Assembly: GCA_047602425.1 (NCBI GenBank)
Contig: JASGHG010000001.1
Location: forward strand, 3,296,001 to 3,360,000
Direction of reading: 5' to 3'
DNA from: Nibricoccus sp.
GTDB taxonomy: Bacteria > Verrucomicrobiota > Verrucomicrobiia > Opitutales > Opitutaceae
DNA length: 64,000 bases
Of this stretch, positions 40,401-49,492 are shown piece after piece (the first letter of the stretch is position 1; each line of letters begins with the position of its first letter). The position numbers were made by a program, and so were the translations under genes. The notes beneath the pieces were generated by a model that ran no database searches, was not told where the DNA came from, and saw only the letters and a program-made list of their open reading frames with translations.

Positions 40401-42242
40401 ATGCCTTCGTTCCCTCTCAAGTGGTTTCTCGTGCTCTTCGGTGCGTTTCTCGTCTCGTTGGGCGCCGATCTTTATTTTAGCCAGCCGGGCTCTCTTTCCG
40501 CGGGCAGCGCCAACGCGGTGCAACTTAACTCGGAAGAGTTCCTGAGCGCCGCCGCCGCAGGCGAGCTCTCAACCGGAACCATCATCTATCGGGTGAACGG
40601 CGCCGGGCTCGCGGATCTGGCGGCAACGCGCAAGCGTTCCGGTGCGACGGAGAACGTCAAAGCCGCCGCACGCCTGACGGATGCGGATCTCGCCGCGCTG
40701 CGCAAAAATCATTTCGTCGAGGACGATGCAGTTTCGCTGGAGAAGGCCCGTCCCTTTACTTCACGCGAACGCATTGCGGCCCTCGCGCATGCCACCACGC
40801 GAACACTGGGACTTATTACGGCGATCGCGGCGGCTCTGATGGCGGTATCGCACTACACCGCGCGTTACACCGCGTTTTCCGTCCGAAAAATGCGGGCCGC
40901 GACGTCGGAGGTGAAATTCTCCGCGGTCGCCGGCTGTGACGAAGCGAAGGGCGAAGTCCACGAAATCGTGGAATTCCTGAAAGACCCGGCGCGTTTTCGC
41001 ACGACGGGCGGACGGATGCCGAAAGGCGTGCTGCTCGTCGGTCCCCCCGGCACGGGCAAGACCATGCTGGCGAAAGCCGTGGCCGGAGAAGCCAAGGCGC
41101 ATTTCTACAGTTTGAGCGGCTCCGACTTCGTGGAACTCTATGTCGGCGTTGGCGCTTCACGCGTGCGTTCGCTTTTCAAAAAGGCGCGCGAAACTGCGCC
41201 GAGCATTATCTTCATCGACGAAATCGACGCGATCGGTCGCAAGCGTTCCTCAGGTGAAGGCGGCTCGCAACAGGAACACGACCAGACGCTCAACGCCTTG
41301 CTCGTTGCGATGGACGGTTTCGATACCGACGATGCTGTGGTCGTCTTTGGTGCGACGAATCGCCCCGACACGATGGACCGTGCGTTGTTGCGTCCCGGTC
41401 GCTTCGACCGCCAGGTTTCACTCAGCCTGCCTGACCTCGCCGGTCGGCGCGCGATCCTTCAGGTGCATGCGGCGGCGGTCAAACTCGACGCCGATGTCGA
41501 TCTACAACATATCGCCAAAGGCACGCCGGGTTTTTCCGGCGCCGATCTGGCCAATCTGCTCAACGAAGGCGCGATCCACGCCGCGCGCCACGGTCGCAAG
41601 TCGATCACCACCGCCGATCTCGACGAAGCGCGTGACAAGATCAACTGGGGTCGCGAAACGCCCCGCGCTTTCACACCGGCCGACAAACGCATCATCGCTT
41701 ATCACGAAGCCGGCCACGCGCTGATGCAGATTCTCTCCGGCGACGACACCACGAAACTTCACAAGGTGACGATCATTCCGCGCGGACGTTCGCTGGGCAG
41801 CACGCAATTCACGCCGGAACGCGATCTCTACAATCATTCCCATCCGCAACTGATCGCGCGGCTGCGTTGTTTGATGGCCGGACGTGTTGCCGAGGAACTT
41901 GCGCTCGGCAGCATCACGAGCGGCGCGTCGAGCGATATTCAGGAAGCGACCCGCATCGCGCGTCAGATGGTTTTCGAATGGGGCATGTCGCCCATGGGTT
42001 TCATGGCGCTGACGCGAGCCGAGGGCGAAACGGAACTCGCCAGCCCGCAGAGTTTGCACGAAGCCGAGCATCACGTGAAAACGCTGCTCGCGGAAAACTA
42101 CACCGCCACAACCGAAATCATCCGCGGCGCCCGAGCGGCGCTCGATGCCATTGCGCACGATCTGCTCGAGCAGGAAACGATCAGCGGCGATCACGTCCGT
42201 CAGACCGTCGCGGCCATCTTGGCCCCGTCGGCGCAGGCCTAG
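40401..42242 (+). CDS. ftsH: FtsH-family ATP-dependent zinc metalloprotease (paralog)
   Basis: Two N-terminal hydrophobic segments, [36 protein letters not shown]. Confidence 0.92.
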   Translation: MPSFPLKWFLVLFGAFLVSLGADLYFSQPGSLSAGSANAVQLNSEEFLSAAAAGELSTGTIIYRVNGAGLADLAATRKRSGATENVKAAARLTDADLAALRKNHFVEDDAVSLEKARPFTSRERIAALAHATTRTLGLITAIAAALMAVSHYTARYTAFSVRKMRAATSEVKFSAVAGCDEAKGEVHEIVEFLKDPARFRTTGGRMPKGVLLVGPPGTGKTMLAKAVAGEAKAHFYSLSGSDFVELYVGVGASRVRSLFKKARETAPSIIFIDEIDAIGRKRSSGEGGSQQEHDQTLNALLVAMDGFDTDDAVVVFGATNRPDTMDRALLRPGRFDRQVSLSLPDLAGRRAILQVHAAAVKLDADVDLQHIAKGTPGFSGADLANLLNEGAIHAARHGRKSITTADLDEARDKINWGRETPRAFTPADKRIIAYHEAGHALMQILSGDDTTKLHKVTIIPRGRSLGSTQFTPERDLYNHSHPQLIARLRCLMAGRVAEELALGSITSGASSDIQEATRIARQMVFEWGMSPMGFMALTRAEGETELASPQSLHEAEHHVKTLLAENYTATTEIIRGARAALDAIAHDLLEQETISGDHVRQTVAAILAPSAQA

Positions 42243-42404
42243 ACGGTCAGTCTAACCAACCCAAAGGTTTTGTTTGCCTCCACCGCGTGCACGGTGAACG
42301 GCGGCGCTGCGTCGTGTGCCGATTTTTCTCCACGACCGATTTGCGCGATGGGAAATTTGCAACGAAGTTCCGCGGTCACGCCCCGCCATCAACGGAACTT
42401 TTTT

Positions 42405-42890
42405 ATGAACAAGCCGACGCCCAAAAATACAATCTGCCTTTGGTACAATAAAGACGCCCTCGACGCCGCCCGCTTTTACGCCGCGACATTTCCCGATAGC
42501 AAAGTGATCGCGGTGCACAAGGCGCCAGGCGATTATCCCTCGGGCAAAGAAGGCGACGTGCTCACCGTGGAATTCACCGTCATGGGCATTCCGTGCCTTG
42601 GCCTAAATGGCGGTCCGGAGTTTTCGCACAGCGAAGCGTTCTCTTTCCAAATCGCAACCGACACCCAGGAGGAAACGGACCGCTACTGGAATGCGATCGT
42701 CGGCAACGGCGGTCAGGAAAGCCAGTGCGGCTGGTGCAAGGATCGCTGGGGGCTCTCCTGGCAAATCACGCCGCGCGTGCTGACCGAGGCGTTCAACGCC
42801 GGCGGCGCCGAAGCCAAGCGCGCCTTCGAAGCGATGATGGAGATGGGAAAAATCGACGTCGCCAAAATCGAAGCCGCGCGGCGCGGGTGA
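42405..42890 (+). CDS. VOC/PhnB-family protein (3-demethylubiquinone-9 3-methyltransferase-like)
   Basis: NTICLWY, LNGGP.F..SEAFSF, CGWCKDRWGLSWQITP. Confidence 0.92.
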   Translation: MNKPTPKNTICLWYNKDALDAARFYAATFPDSKVIAVHKAPGDYPSGKEGDVLTVEFTVMGIPCLGLNGGPEFSHSEAFSFQIATDTQEETDRYWNAIVGNGGQESQCGWCKDRWGLSWQITPRVLTEAFNAGGAEAKRAFEAMMEMGKIDVAKIEAARRG

Positions 42891-43084
42891 AGTTGGGCGA
42901 AACAGAAGAGACAACCACTCGTTTTTACTTAAGGGCTGATCGTTGCTCGGTCTGTCTTGCTTCAGTTTTCACTGATCCCTGGTATGAAGACAGGTGAAAC
43001 CATTTTACAGGAGGAAACTTAGGGGGCGAATCTTTGGCGGTCGTTGCCCTATATCCGCGTGAACGGCTCGGCCAAGGTCGAGCC

Positions 43085-43525
43085 TTACAGGCTACGGGCG
43101 GGCTTCAGTTGAAGCACGACGCTCGTGAGGCGATCGAGATTCTCTTCGTTGGCCGGTCGCACGATGTGCTCGATCCGCCGCGCAACGTCCGGGTGATCGA
43201 ACGCCTGCGACCACGAAACAAGGGTGCCTTGGGCGGACGGCGTCAGACGCACCGTCAGTCGATAGTGCGGTCCCGAGACGTGGCGGATGACCACTTTCGC
43301 GGACGGCTCAATCTCCTCAAACACGCTCTCGTTGGGATAATCTTTTCCATCGGGTCCGTGCATGACGTACACCCAACGTCCCTGCTGTTTGAATTCGCAA
43401 AGCTCGAATGTGTTGGTGAAACCAGCCGGTCCCCACCAACGCGCCAGTTGCTCCGGATCATTGAAGGCGGCGAAGATCTGTTCGGGCGTGGCGGGAATTT
43501 CGCGTGACGTTTCGAAAGGAGCCAT
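43085..43525 (-). CDS. SRPBCC/AHSA1-family protein
   Basis: SREIPATPEQIFAAF.DPEQLARWWGPAGF, MHGPDGKDYPNE. Confidence 0.9.
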   Translation of the reverse strand: MAPFETSREIPATPEQIFAAFNDPEQLARWWGPAGFTNTFELCEFKQQGRWVYVMHGPDGKDYPNESVFEEIEPSAKVVIRHVSGPHYRLTVRLTPSAQGTLVSWSQAFDHPDVARRIEHIVRPANEENLDRLTSVVLQLKPARSL

Positions 43526-43751
43526 GGTGGTGGATGGGATTTGGTTTTGACGGGATCGCAGCGAATGACGACCGCGGCTGGCCGGCGTCGGAGCGGGCAA
43601 ATATCCTAAGTGGATTCACAAATTTCGCCAGCGCATCGAAGAGATGCTGGGGAGTACAAAATTTCGAACTCTGCTATTTTCTCTGATCCCTGAAACCGCC
43701 CGGCGACGTCACGTGTATCCCAAGCGACACTTTCACTTCGAACCTCCAGCA

Positions 43752-45116
43752 ATGAAGATTATCCTGCTTTTCCCCGCGGTTCTTGCCGCGTTTTTTTCTC
43801 CTGCGCTCGCGGATTCTGCGAATGACCTCAACAGCCCAGCTCTCCCCTCCAATCGCACGAATGCGCGTCCCGGCTCCGCAGTGAAATCGTCGGCGGATTC
43901 GTCCGTGACCAAACCATCGGTCGAGGAGGCGATCGCCATTTTGAAGGCCGAGAACGAGGAGTTCGATCGACTCGGAGTGATCTCACGCACAAAAGTCCAG
44001 GAGAGCGTGGATAAGTTTTTCTCGTCGGTAAACGTCTCCGCGCTCACCCCGCAGCAGATCGCCGAGGTTTTCCGTCAGACCGCATTTTTCCGGGCGGACC
44101 GCAAGTGGGCGAGGGAAGCGATGGACACGTTGCACGCCTCCGGCGCGGATCGCGGCACCACCGGCGTGCTCAGCCTCGCGCTTCAAGGGCTGATGTTTGG
44201 CCTCGTGCAGGGCTCGGCGCAGGAGCGCGTGCAGGCGGGCGCGACGTTGCGCGAGCATCCGGCGTTTACCGAAGCGCTCAACGGCGACGATGGAGACTTG
44301 GTGTTGGCGGCGGCCTGCAAAGGCCTTCCTGCCCCAGGCTCGGAACGCAACGACGCGCTGGCCTCGGTTTGTACCAAACTCGATGTTTCGTGGCCCGGCC
44401 CCGCGGCGCAGTCGGTCCAGGCGGCGTGGGAAGCCTTTTCGGGTCAAAAGGAAAAACCGGCGCCCGCCCAGTTGACCCGCGTGCGGAAACACCTCGTCGC
44501 GTACCTTGACGCCGCTTTGAAAAATAGCACGCATCCGCGCGTCGTGAGGTGGAAGGACAAGATCGCTTCGACCCGCGATTTTCTCAACGGCCCCGCGGCT
44601 CGCGGCCAGCTCGTCGGCTTTCCCGCGCCCGAGCTGCATTTTCTCTGGACCAATTTGCCAGAACTAAAAGCGCTCTCGCAGTTGAAGGGCAAAGTCGTCG
44701 TCCTCGATTTTTGGGCCGTCTGGTGCCAGCCCTGCCGCGCCGCCTTCCCGGAGATGCGGCAGCTGCAGGAACGTTATCGCAACTACGACGTGACGCTGCT
44801 CGGCGTGACCAGTCTGCAGAATTTCATGCTCGACGAAAAAGACGCATCGATCCGCTGCGACGGCGATCCGGAAAAAGAAACGCGGCTCCTCGCCGAGTTC
44901 ATCAAGCACAAGAACATCACCTGGCCCGTCGTGGTCAGCCGCGAACCGGTCTTCAATCCGGACTACGGCATCAACGGCATTCCCGCCGTGGCGATCATTG
45001 CGCCCGACGGCGTGTTGAAATTTCTTTTAACCACGGGCCGCGAATCGACTGAGGAAAAAATAAAGATGATCGATTCGCTCCTCGCTGAATTTGGCAAACC
45101 CACGCCCAAAGCGTGA
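43752..45116 (+). CDS. Exported TlpA-like thioredoxin-domain protein with long helical N-terminal region
   Basis: Signal peptide; LKGKVVVLDFWAVWCQPC; YGINGIP (cis-Pro motif). Confidence 0.88.
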   Translation: MKIILLFPAVLAAFFSPALADSANDLNSPALPSNRTNARPGSAVKSSADSSVTKPSVEEAIAILKAENEEFDRLGVISRTKVQESVDKFFSSVNVSALTPQQIAEVFRQTAFFRADRKWAREAMDTLHASGADRGTTGVLSLALQGLMFGLVQGSAQERVQAGATLREHPAFTEALNGDDGDLVLAAACKGLPAPGSERNDALASVCTKLDVSWPGPAAQSVQAAWEAFSGQKEKPAPAQLTRVRKHLVAYLDAALKNSTHPRVVRWKDKIASTRDFLNGPAARGQLVGFPAPELHFLWTNLPELKALSQLKGKVVVLDFWAVWCQPCRAAFPEMRQLQERYRNYDVTLLGVTSLQNFMLDEKDASIRCDGDPEKETRLLAEFIKHKNITWPVVVSREPVFNPDYGINGIPAVAIIAPDGVLKFLLTTGRESTEEKIKMIDSLLAEFGKPTPKA

Positions 45117-45256
45117 TCCCATCGCGCCGGCACTTCGCATTCCAACTCGGAACACGCGGCGCCCGGATAAAAATTCGCGGAGGATGCTGAAACTTTTCTC
45201 CGGCCTGCCGTGTTTCCTCGGGTGAACGCAGCACCTTCCACCTTGAGCTACCACCC

Positions 45257-46726
45257 ATGCACTTGATCCGCCCGCCCGCCCTCAGACGCATTCCGAAACG
45301 ACTTCCGTCCTTGCGACGCGGCCACCGTCCTTCGCTCGCCGCATTCCTCGGCTTGAGTTGCGCGCTCAGCCTCGGCGCCGTCAGCGGCGTTCAGGCCGAC
45401 GATGTCGACGACTACATCGCGGCGCAAATGAGCCGGCAGCATATTCCTGGTTTGTCCCTCGCGGTTTTGAAGGACGGCAAGCCGGTGAAGATGCAAGGCT
45501 ACGGCATCGCCAATCTGGAACTCGGCACGCCCGCGACGCCGGAGACGGTTTATCAAATTGGTTCGGTCAGCAAACAGTTCATCGCTGCCGGCATCGTGTG
45601 CTTGAGCACGGAAGGGAAGGTCGGTCTCGATGATTCGATCAGAAAATACCTTGAGGACGCGCCGGAGGCTTGGCAGCCCATCACGGTAAGACATCTGCTC
45701 ACGCACACCTCCGGACTGGTTCGGGAAACGCCGGGACTGCAATTGAAGGCGCAGAGCGAAATCGACGCGCTCCGCGCCGCGTACGCCACGCCGCTCGCCT
45801 TTCAGCCCGGCGAGAAATGGCAATACAGCAACCTCGGTTACTTCGCGCTCGCCGAAGTCATCAGCCGCGCCGCACAGATTCCCTGGCCGCGATATTTGCA
45901 GGAGCGCATTTTCGCGCCACTGGGCATGAGCGCCACCCGCACGACCACCATCGAGGAACTGGTGCTGCAACGTGCTGGTGGTTATCAATGGTTGGACACC
46001 CAGCAGTATCAAAATTGTCCCCTCATCCCCGGCGTGCGGCCTAGCGGCGCTTTGCTCTCCAGCGTGCGTGACCTGGCCAAATGGGACGCGGCCCTGTATT
46101 CGGATGCCGTGTTTTCACCGCAGCAGCGCGAACTCCTGTGGACGCCCGTGAAGCTCAATGACGGGACCGAGAAGCCTTACGGCTTCGGCTGGGAGACAGG
46201 CAAAACCGGCAAACATCGCCACGCGAAACACGGCGGCACGATGCTCGGCTTCCGCTCGCAACTCCTGCGCTTTCCCGACGACCGGCTGACCGTCGTTGTC
46301 CTGACCAATGCCACCCAGGTGGTCACCGAAAAAATCGCACTCGGCATCGCCGCGTTTTATCTGCCCGACTTGAAACCGTCGCAGCCCAAGCGCAACCCCG
46401 CGCCGCTGCCCATGGAGATTCTCGATGGTTATGCCGGCCGATATCGCGTCGCGGGCGACCGGGTGCTGGCGATCGCGCGCCGGGGGAACCAATTGTCAGT
46501 CACCCTGCCGCTCGGCCCGGCATTGGGCAAGGAGATCGGCCCGCTGGTGCAAGGGGTGAGCATGGATCTCGCGTTGGTGACACCGGAGAACGAAACACGT
46601 TTTTTCGACGAAGATGACCCGCGCTCCACCTATGTTTTCTCCAAGGACGCCGCCGGCAAAATCCAATTCGCCATCGAAAACGCCGAGGGGAAAACCCTCC
46701 AGAAGGCGACGAAGATCGATCCGTAG
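45257..46726 (+). CDS. Serine hydrolase, beta-lactamase/class C-like family
   Basis: GSVSKQF (SxxK), LLTHTSG, YSN, HGG motifs. Confidence 0.92.
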   Translation: MHLIRPPALRRIPKRLPSLRRGHRPSLAAFLGLSCALSLGAVSGVQADDVDDYIAAQMSRQHIPGLSLAVLKDGKPVKMQGYGIANLELGTPATPETVYQIGSVSKQFIAAGIVCLSTEGKVGLDDSIRKYLEDAPEAWQPITVRHLLTHTSGLVRETPGLQLKAQSEIDALRAAYATPLAFQPGEKWQYSNLGYFALAEVISRAAQIPWPRYLQERIFAPLGMSATRTTTIEELVLQRAGGYQWLDTQQYQNCPLIPGVRPSGALLSSVRDLAKWDAALYSDAVFSPQQRELLWTPVKLNDGTEKPYGFGWETGKTGKHRHAKHGGTMLGFRSQLLRFPDDRLTVVVLTNATQVVTEKIALGIAAFYLPDLKPSQPKRNPAPLPMEILDGYAGRYRVAGDRVLAIARRGNQLSVTLPLGPALGKEIGPLVQGVSMDLALVTPENETRFFDEDDPRSTYVFSKDAAGKIQFAIENAEGKTLQKATKIDP

Positions 46727-46763
46727 AAGACTCGCGGCTTTTCAACCGGGCTGCACTCGCCAA

Positions 46764-47420
46764 TCACTTGGGGTCGTGCGGCACCGGGGGCGCATCCCAC
46801 CTAAGCAGGGTGGCGGTGGATCTTGCGCAGAAGAGGCCGAGCGCAAGGCCGGCGATGGTGTCGCTGATCCAGTGCCAGCCGGCAGCGACAAGACTCACCA
46901 TCATGGCGACCGTCAACGCGAGCCAGGCCACGCGGAGCTTCGGCTTCCGCATCCAGAGAACACCGGCAAAAGCCGCCGTGATCGAGGTGTGTCCCGAGGG
47001 GAAGTAAGCGTACCCCGGTCCCAGGTGAAACGGAAAGAACCCATAGATGCCGTCTCTGATCCACGAAGGACTGCCCTGAAAACTCTCCGGGCCGATGCGC
47101 CCCGTGACCACTTTTAGCGTTTCCGTCAGGGTCAAGGCGATGGCCACTGCAAGGCAGCAGCCGAACGCGGTGTCGAGCCGGTAGGATTTCCGGCCAAAGA
47201 AGATTGCGCCAATCCCGTAGCCCGCCAGACGCAGACAGACGAAAGCCATGATTGGATAGAGCAGGTAATTGATGGCGACGAAAACGCCGCGCTGACGAAC
47301 ATGTTCGAAGGCCCAAAGCTCTGCCGGACGATCGACCCAAATGACGCAGCCAGCAATCGTCAGAAAGCATCCGATTGCCGCCGCTAGTTTCCATCGGAAG
47401 CCGGGGTGGGCGGAGGTCAT
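46764..47420 (-). CDS. PAP2-family membrane phosphatase
   Basis: LKVVTGR..P, FPSGH, HWISD motifs with TM helices. Confidence 0.88.
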   Translation of the reverse strand: MTSAHPGFRWKLAAAIGCFLTIAGCVIWVDRPAELWAFEHVRQRGVFVAINYLLYPIMAFVCLRLAGYGIGAIFFGRKSYRLDTAFGCCLAVAIALTLTETLKVVTGRIGPESFQGSPSWIRDGIYGFFPFHLGPGYAYFPSGHTSITAAFAGVLWMRKPKLRVAWLALTVAMMVSLVAAGWHWISDTIAGLALGLFCARSTATLLRWDAPPVPHDPK

Positions 47421-47533
47421 CAGTTCGTGTTGCGGAAAAGCCCGCCACTGCGCAAGGAAATTGACCGACGGCCAAGGGTGGCGATTGGGATTCTAGAGCA
47501 TTTTTAAAATGTCATGGCCGCACAACTCCGGCC

Positions 47534-47604
47534 GCAGGGGCACAGTCTTGCTGCGCCCGGTTTCACTTTGCCACAGAAAGGGCGCAGCAAGACTGCGTCC
47601 CTAC
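47534..47604. repeat. REP doublet, family C (GTAGGGGCGCAGTCTTGCTGCGCCC-like)
   Basis: gcaggggcacagtcttgctgcgccc ... gggcgcagcaagactgcgtccctac; second doublet at 54403-54470. Confidence 0.8.
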
Positions 47605-47765
47605 GAAGACAGCTCGGTTCATAACACCGGTTTACGGCTACAGGTTTTATTGTATGTGCTCTAGCCCCGTCTTTGATCTGTGCTCCGCGCGTCGAGGCTG
47701 CCGAGCCACATGCGGTATCAGACCAAGTTGCAATCAAACGTATAAATATTGCCAGCGTTCGATGG

Positions 47766-47847
47766 GTAGGGACGGACCGCCGGGCCGTCCGTCCGCTCGG
47801 GCCATTCGCAGGCAACGTTGACGGACGACCCGGCGGGTCGTCCCTAC
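47766..47847. repeat. REP doublet, family B (GTAGGGACGGACCGCCGGGCCGTCCG)
   Basis: Inverted pair of palindromes with GTAG/CTAC ends; further copies at 53680-53705 and 61921-61947. Confidence 0.82.
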
Positions 47848-47934
47848 CTCGGCCGTTTTGATGTCTTTGAATGCAACTTGGTATCAGACACTCATTCTAC
47901 CTCGGAGAATGAGCCAATTGGCGCGGCAGCGCCG

Positions 47935-47986
47935 GTAGGGACAATGCTCCTGCCTTGTCCGGGCAATGACGGAGCATTGCCCCTGC
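47935..47986. repeat. REP-like doublet, family D
   Basis: gtagggacaatgctcctgccttgtcc-gggcaatgacggagcattgcccctgc; only one occurrence in the window. Confidence 0.6.
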
Positions 47987-48001
47987 CTTTTTTCCATGGA
48001 C

Positions 48002-48031
48002 AAAAAAACCGGCGCCCTTTTGGGCGCCGGT
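48002..48031 (-). terminator. Intrinsic terminator of the upstream hypothetical gene
   Basis: Minus strand ACCGGCGCCC-AAAA-GGGCGCCGGT-TTTTTT. Confidence 0.8.
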
Positions 48032-48096
48032 CTATGGCAGAACACAGTGCAGAAACCATCACTTATGAGCGGCGATGGAAATTCACCTAACGTTAC

Positions 48097-48768
48097 TTAG
48101 TGGTTCTGTGTTGCTGGTTCTGTTTTGATCGCCGTGCCATTGTCGCGCTTCGGGGCGCGCTTGATATGGCTGGCGGTTTGCCAGGCGCGCATCACTTCGG
48201 CATTGCGGCCGTACTTGTTGGTCACGATCGCATCGAGATCGTTCACGGCCTTCATGCCCTCGGCGATGAGGACGCCCACGGCCTTGGTTTTTCCCACCGC
48301 GGCGGTCGTGCCGCTCTTGAGCGCGGCTTGCGACAGGCGGATGGTTTTCACATCGGCCTCGAGGTTGGCGACGAAATCGGCGGGCATTTCGTACGCCAGA
48401 AAAAGCGGGGTGACGCCGTCCTTTTTCAAATTCGCCAGAAACGTATCGGCGGCGGTGAGGACGGCGGCGGGATTTTGCTCGGGAATGACGAACGAGTCGG
48501 CAAAGCCCGGTTTTTCCTGGGCGATGGCGCGCGCGGTTTTGGCGATGGCCTTTAGGTCGAGCAGCAAGGCGTCGAAGAGCACCTCGACGGCGGTGGCTCG
48601 AGGATGGATCTGTTGAACCTTGCCGGCGCTGAGTTGCGCGATCACCTCGGCCACCGTGACGCGGCATTTGGCGCCCTTGGAGTCGGGCAGAAGGTCTTTG
48701 AGGTAGTCGTTCCCGAAGGCGTCGACTTCGGTGAACATGTCGTAGCGTCGTGATTCCCTGTCATTCAT
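48097..48768 (-). CDS. Hypothetical protein, predicted all-alpha-helical
   Basis: 223 aa from ATG 48768 (MNDRESRRYDMF...), genome-like codon usage, amphipathic helices, own terminator. Confidence 0.8.
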   Translation of the reverse strand: MNDRESRRYDMFTEVDAFGNDYLKDLLPDSKGAKCRVTVAEVIAQLSAGKVQQIHPRATAVEVLFDALLLDLKAIAKTARAIAQEKPGFADSFVIPEQNPAAVLTAADTFLANLKKDGVTPLFLAYEMPADFVANLEADVKTIRLSQAALKSGTTAAVGKTKAVGVLIAEGMKAVNDLDAIVTNKYGRNAEVMRAWQTASHIKRAPKRDNGTAIKTEPATQNH

Positions 48769-48956
48769 GGATGTATTTTTATTTGATGGTTGTGTGTGAT
48801 GCGGAAACTCCCGTTGGACCTCCCGCCGGGTTCGGTGAAAACGTAAAACCATAACCAAATGCAAGAACTTCATTTTATTTTAAAAATATCTTACAAAAGG
48901 TTCGGTAAACGGAGCACGCCGGTGTAGGGGATTACCTGATTTGCGTTGGTTGCGGT

Positions 48957-49466
48957 GTGTTCGGCACGGGTCTCGCTTGCACTTTTTTTGTGCCGGCGGG
49001 CCGATGTGCCGGACGCGCTCTACTCCCGGAAGCTCTGTCACAAAAAGACCAACACCGCGTTCTTCCCCGCATCGCGCTTGCACGCTGCGGCGAGCGACTC
49101 ACACGCACCGGCGGCCCCCTCGCACGCTCCGGCGCGCCGCTGCACGCAACCGATTTGCAATTTACACCCACCGGCCGCCCGCTGACGCGCTCCGGCGCCC
49201 GATTTACACGCTCCGGCGAAGCACTCGCACGCTCCGGCGAAGGACTCGCACGCTCCGGCAGCCGACTTACACGGTCCGGCGGACGACTTACACGCTGCGG
49301 TCACGAGCTGACACGCTCCGGCGCCCTGCTCGCACGCTCCGGCCCCCGATCTACACCCTCCGGCGCTCCCCTGCACGCAAATGACCGGCGATTGCACGTG
49401 GGGTTGCTGTCGTGGTCCGGTTTATCCCGAGATGAATTGCACGATCCAGTCGCTCTCTCCAATTAA
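48957..49466 (+). CDS. Possible heptad-repeat protein (L-A/T-R-S-G-x-x)n
   Basis: Open frame across the array; several unit differences are synonymous in this frame (CTN, ACA/ACG, CGC/CGG, GGC/GGT); weak GTG start. Confidence 0.35.
   Translation: MFGTGLACTFFVPAGRCAGRALLPEALSQKDQHRVLPRIALARCGERLTRTGGPLARSGAPLHATDLQFTPTGRPLTRSGARFTRSGEALARSGEGLARSGSRLTRSGGRLTRCGHELTRSGALLARSGPRSTPSGAPLHANDRRLHVGLLSWSGLSRDELHDPVALSN
49077..49391 (+). repeat. Tandem array of 15 degenerate 21-bp units
   Basis: Consensus YTNRCACGCTCCGGC plus 6 variable nt; 21-nt register kept exactly throughout. Confidence 0.92.
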
Positions 49467-49492
49467 TTCTCGACAGCAAATTTTAGGAAGAC

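Noticed and set aside
45257..46726. Calling the serine hydrolase an antibiotic-resistance beta-lactamase
   Set aside because: SxxK, YxN and HGG motifs are shared by many esterases and peptidases of this family; the substrate cannot be inferred.
49077..49391. CRISPR array interpretation of the 21-bp repeats
   Set aside because: The variable part is only about 6 nt, the repeats are degenerate and directly tandem, and no cas genes are in the window.
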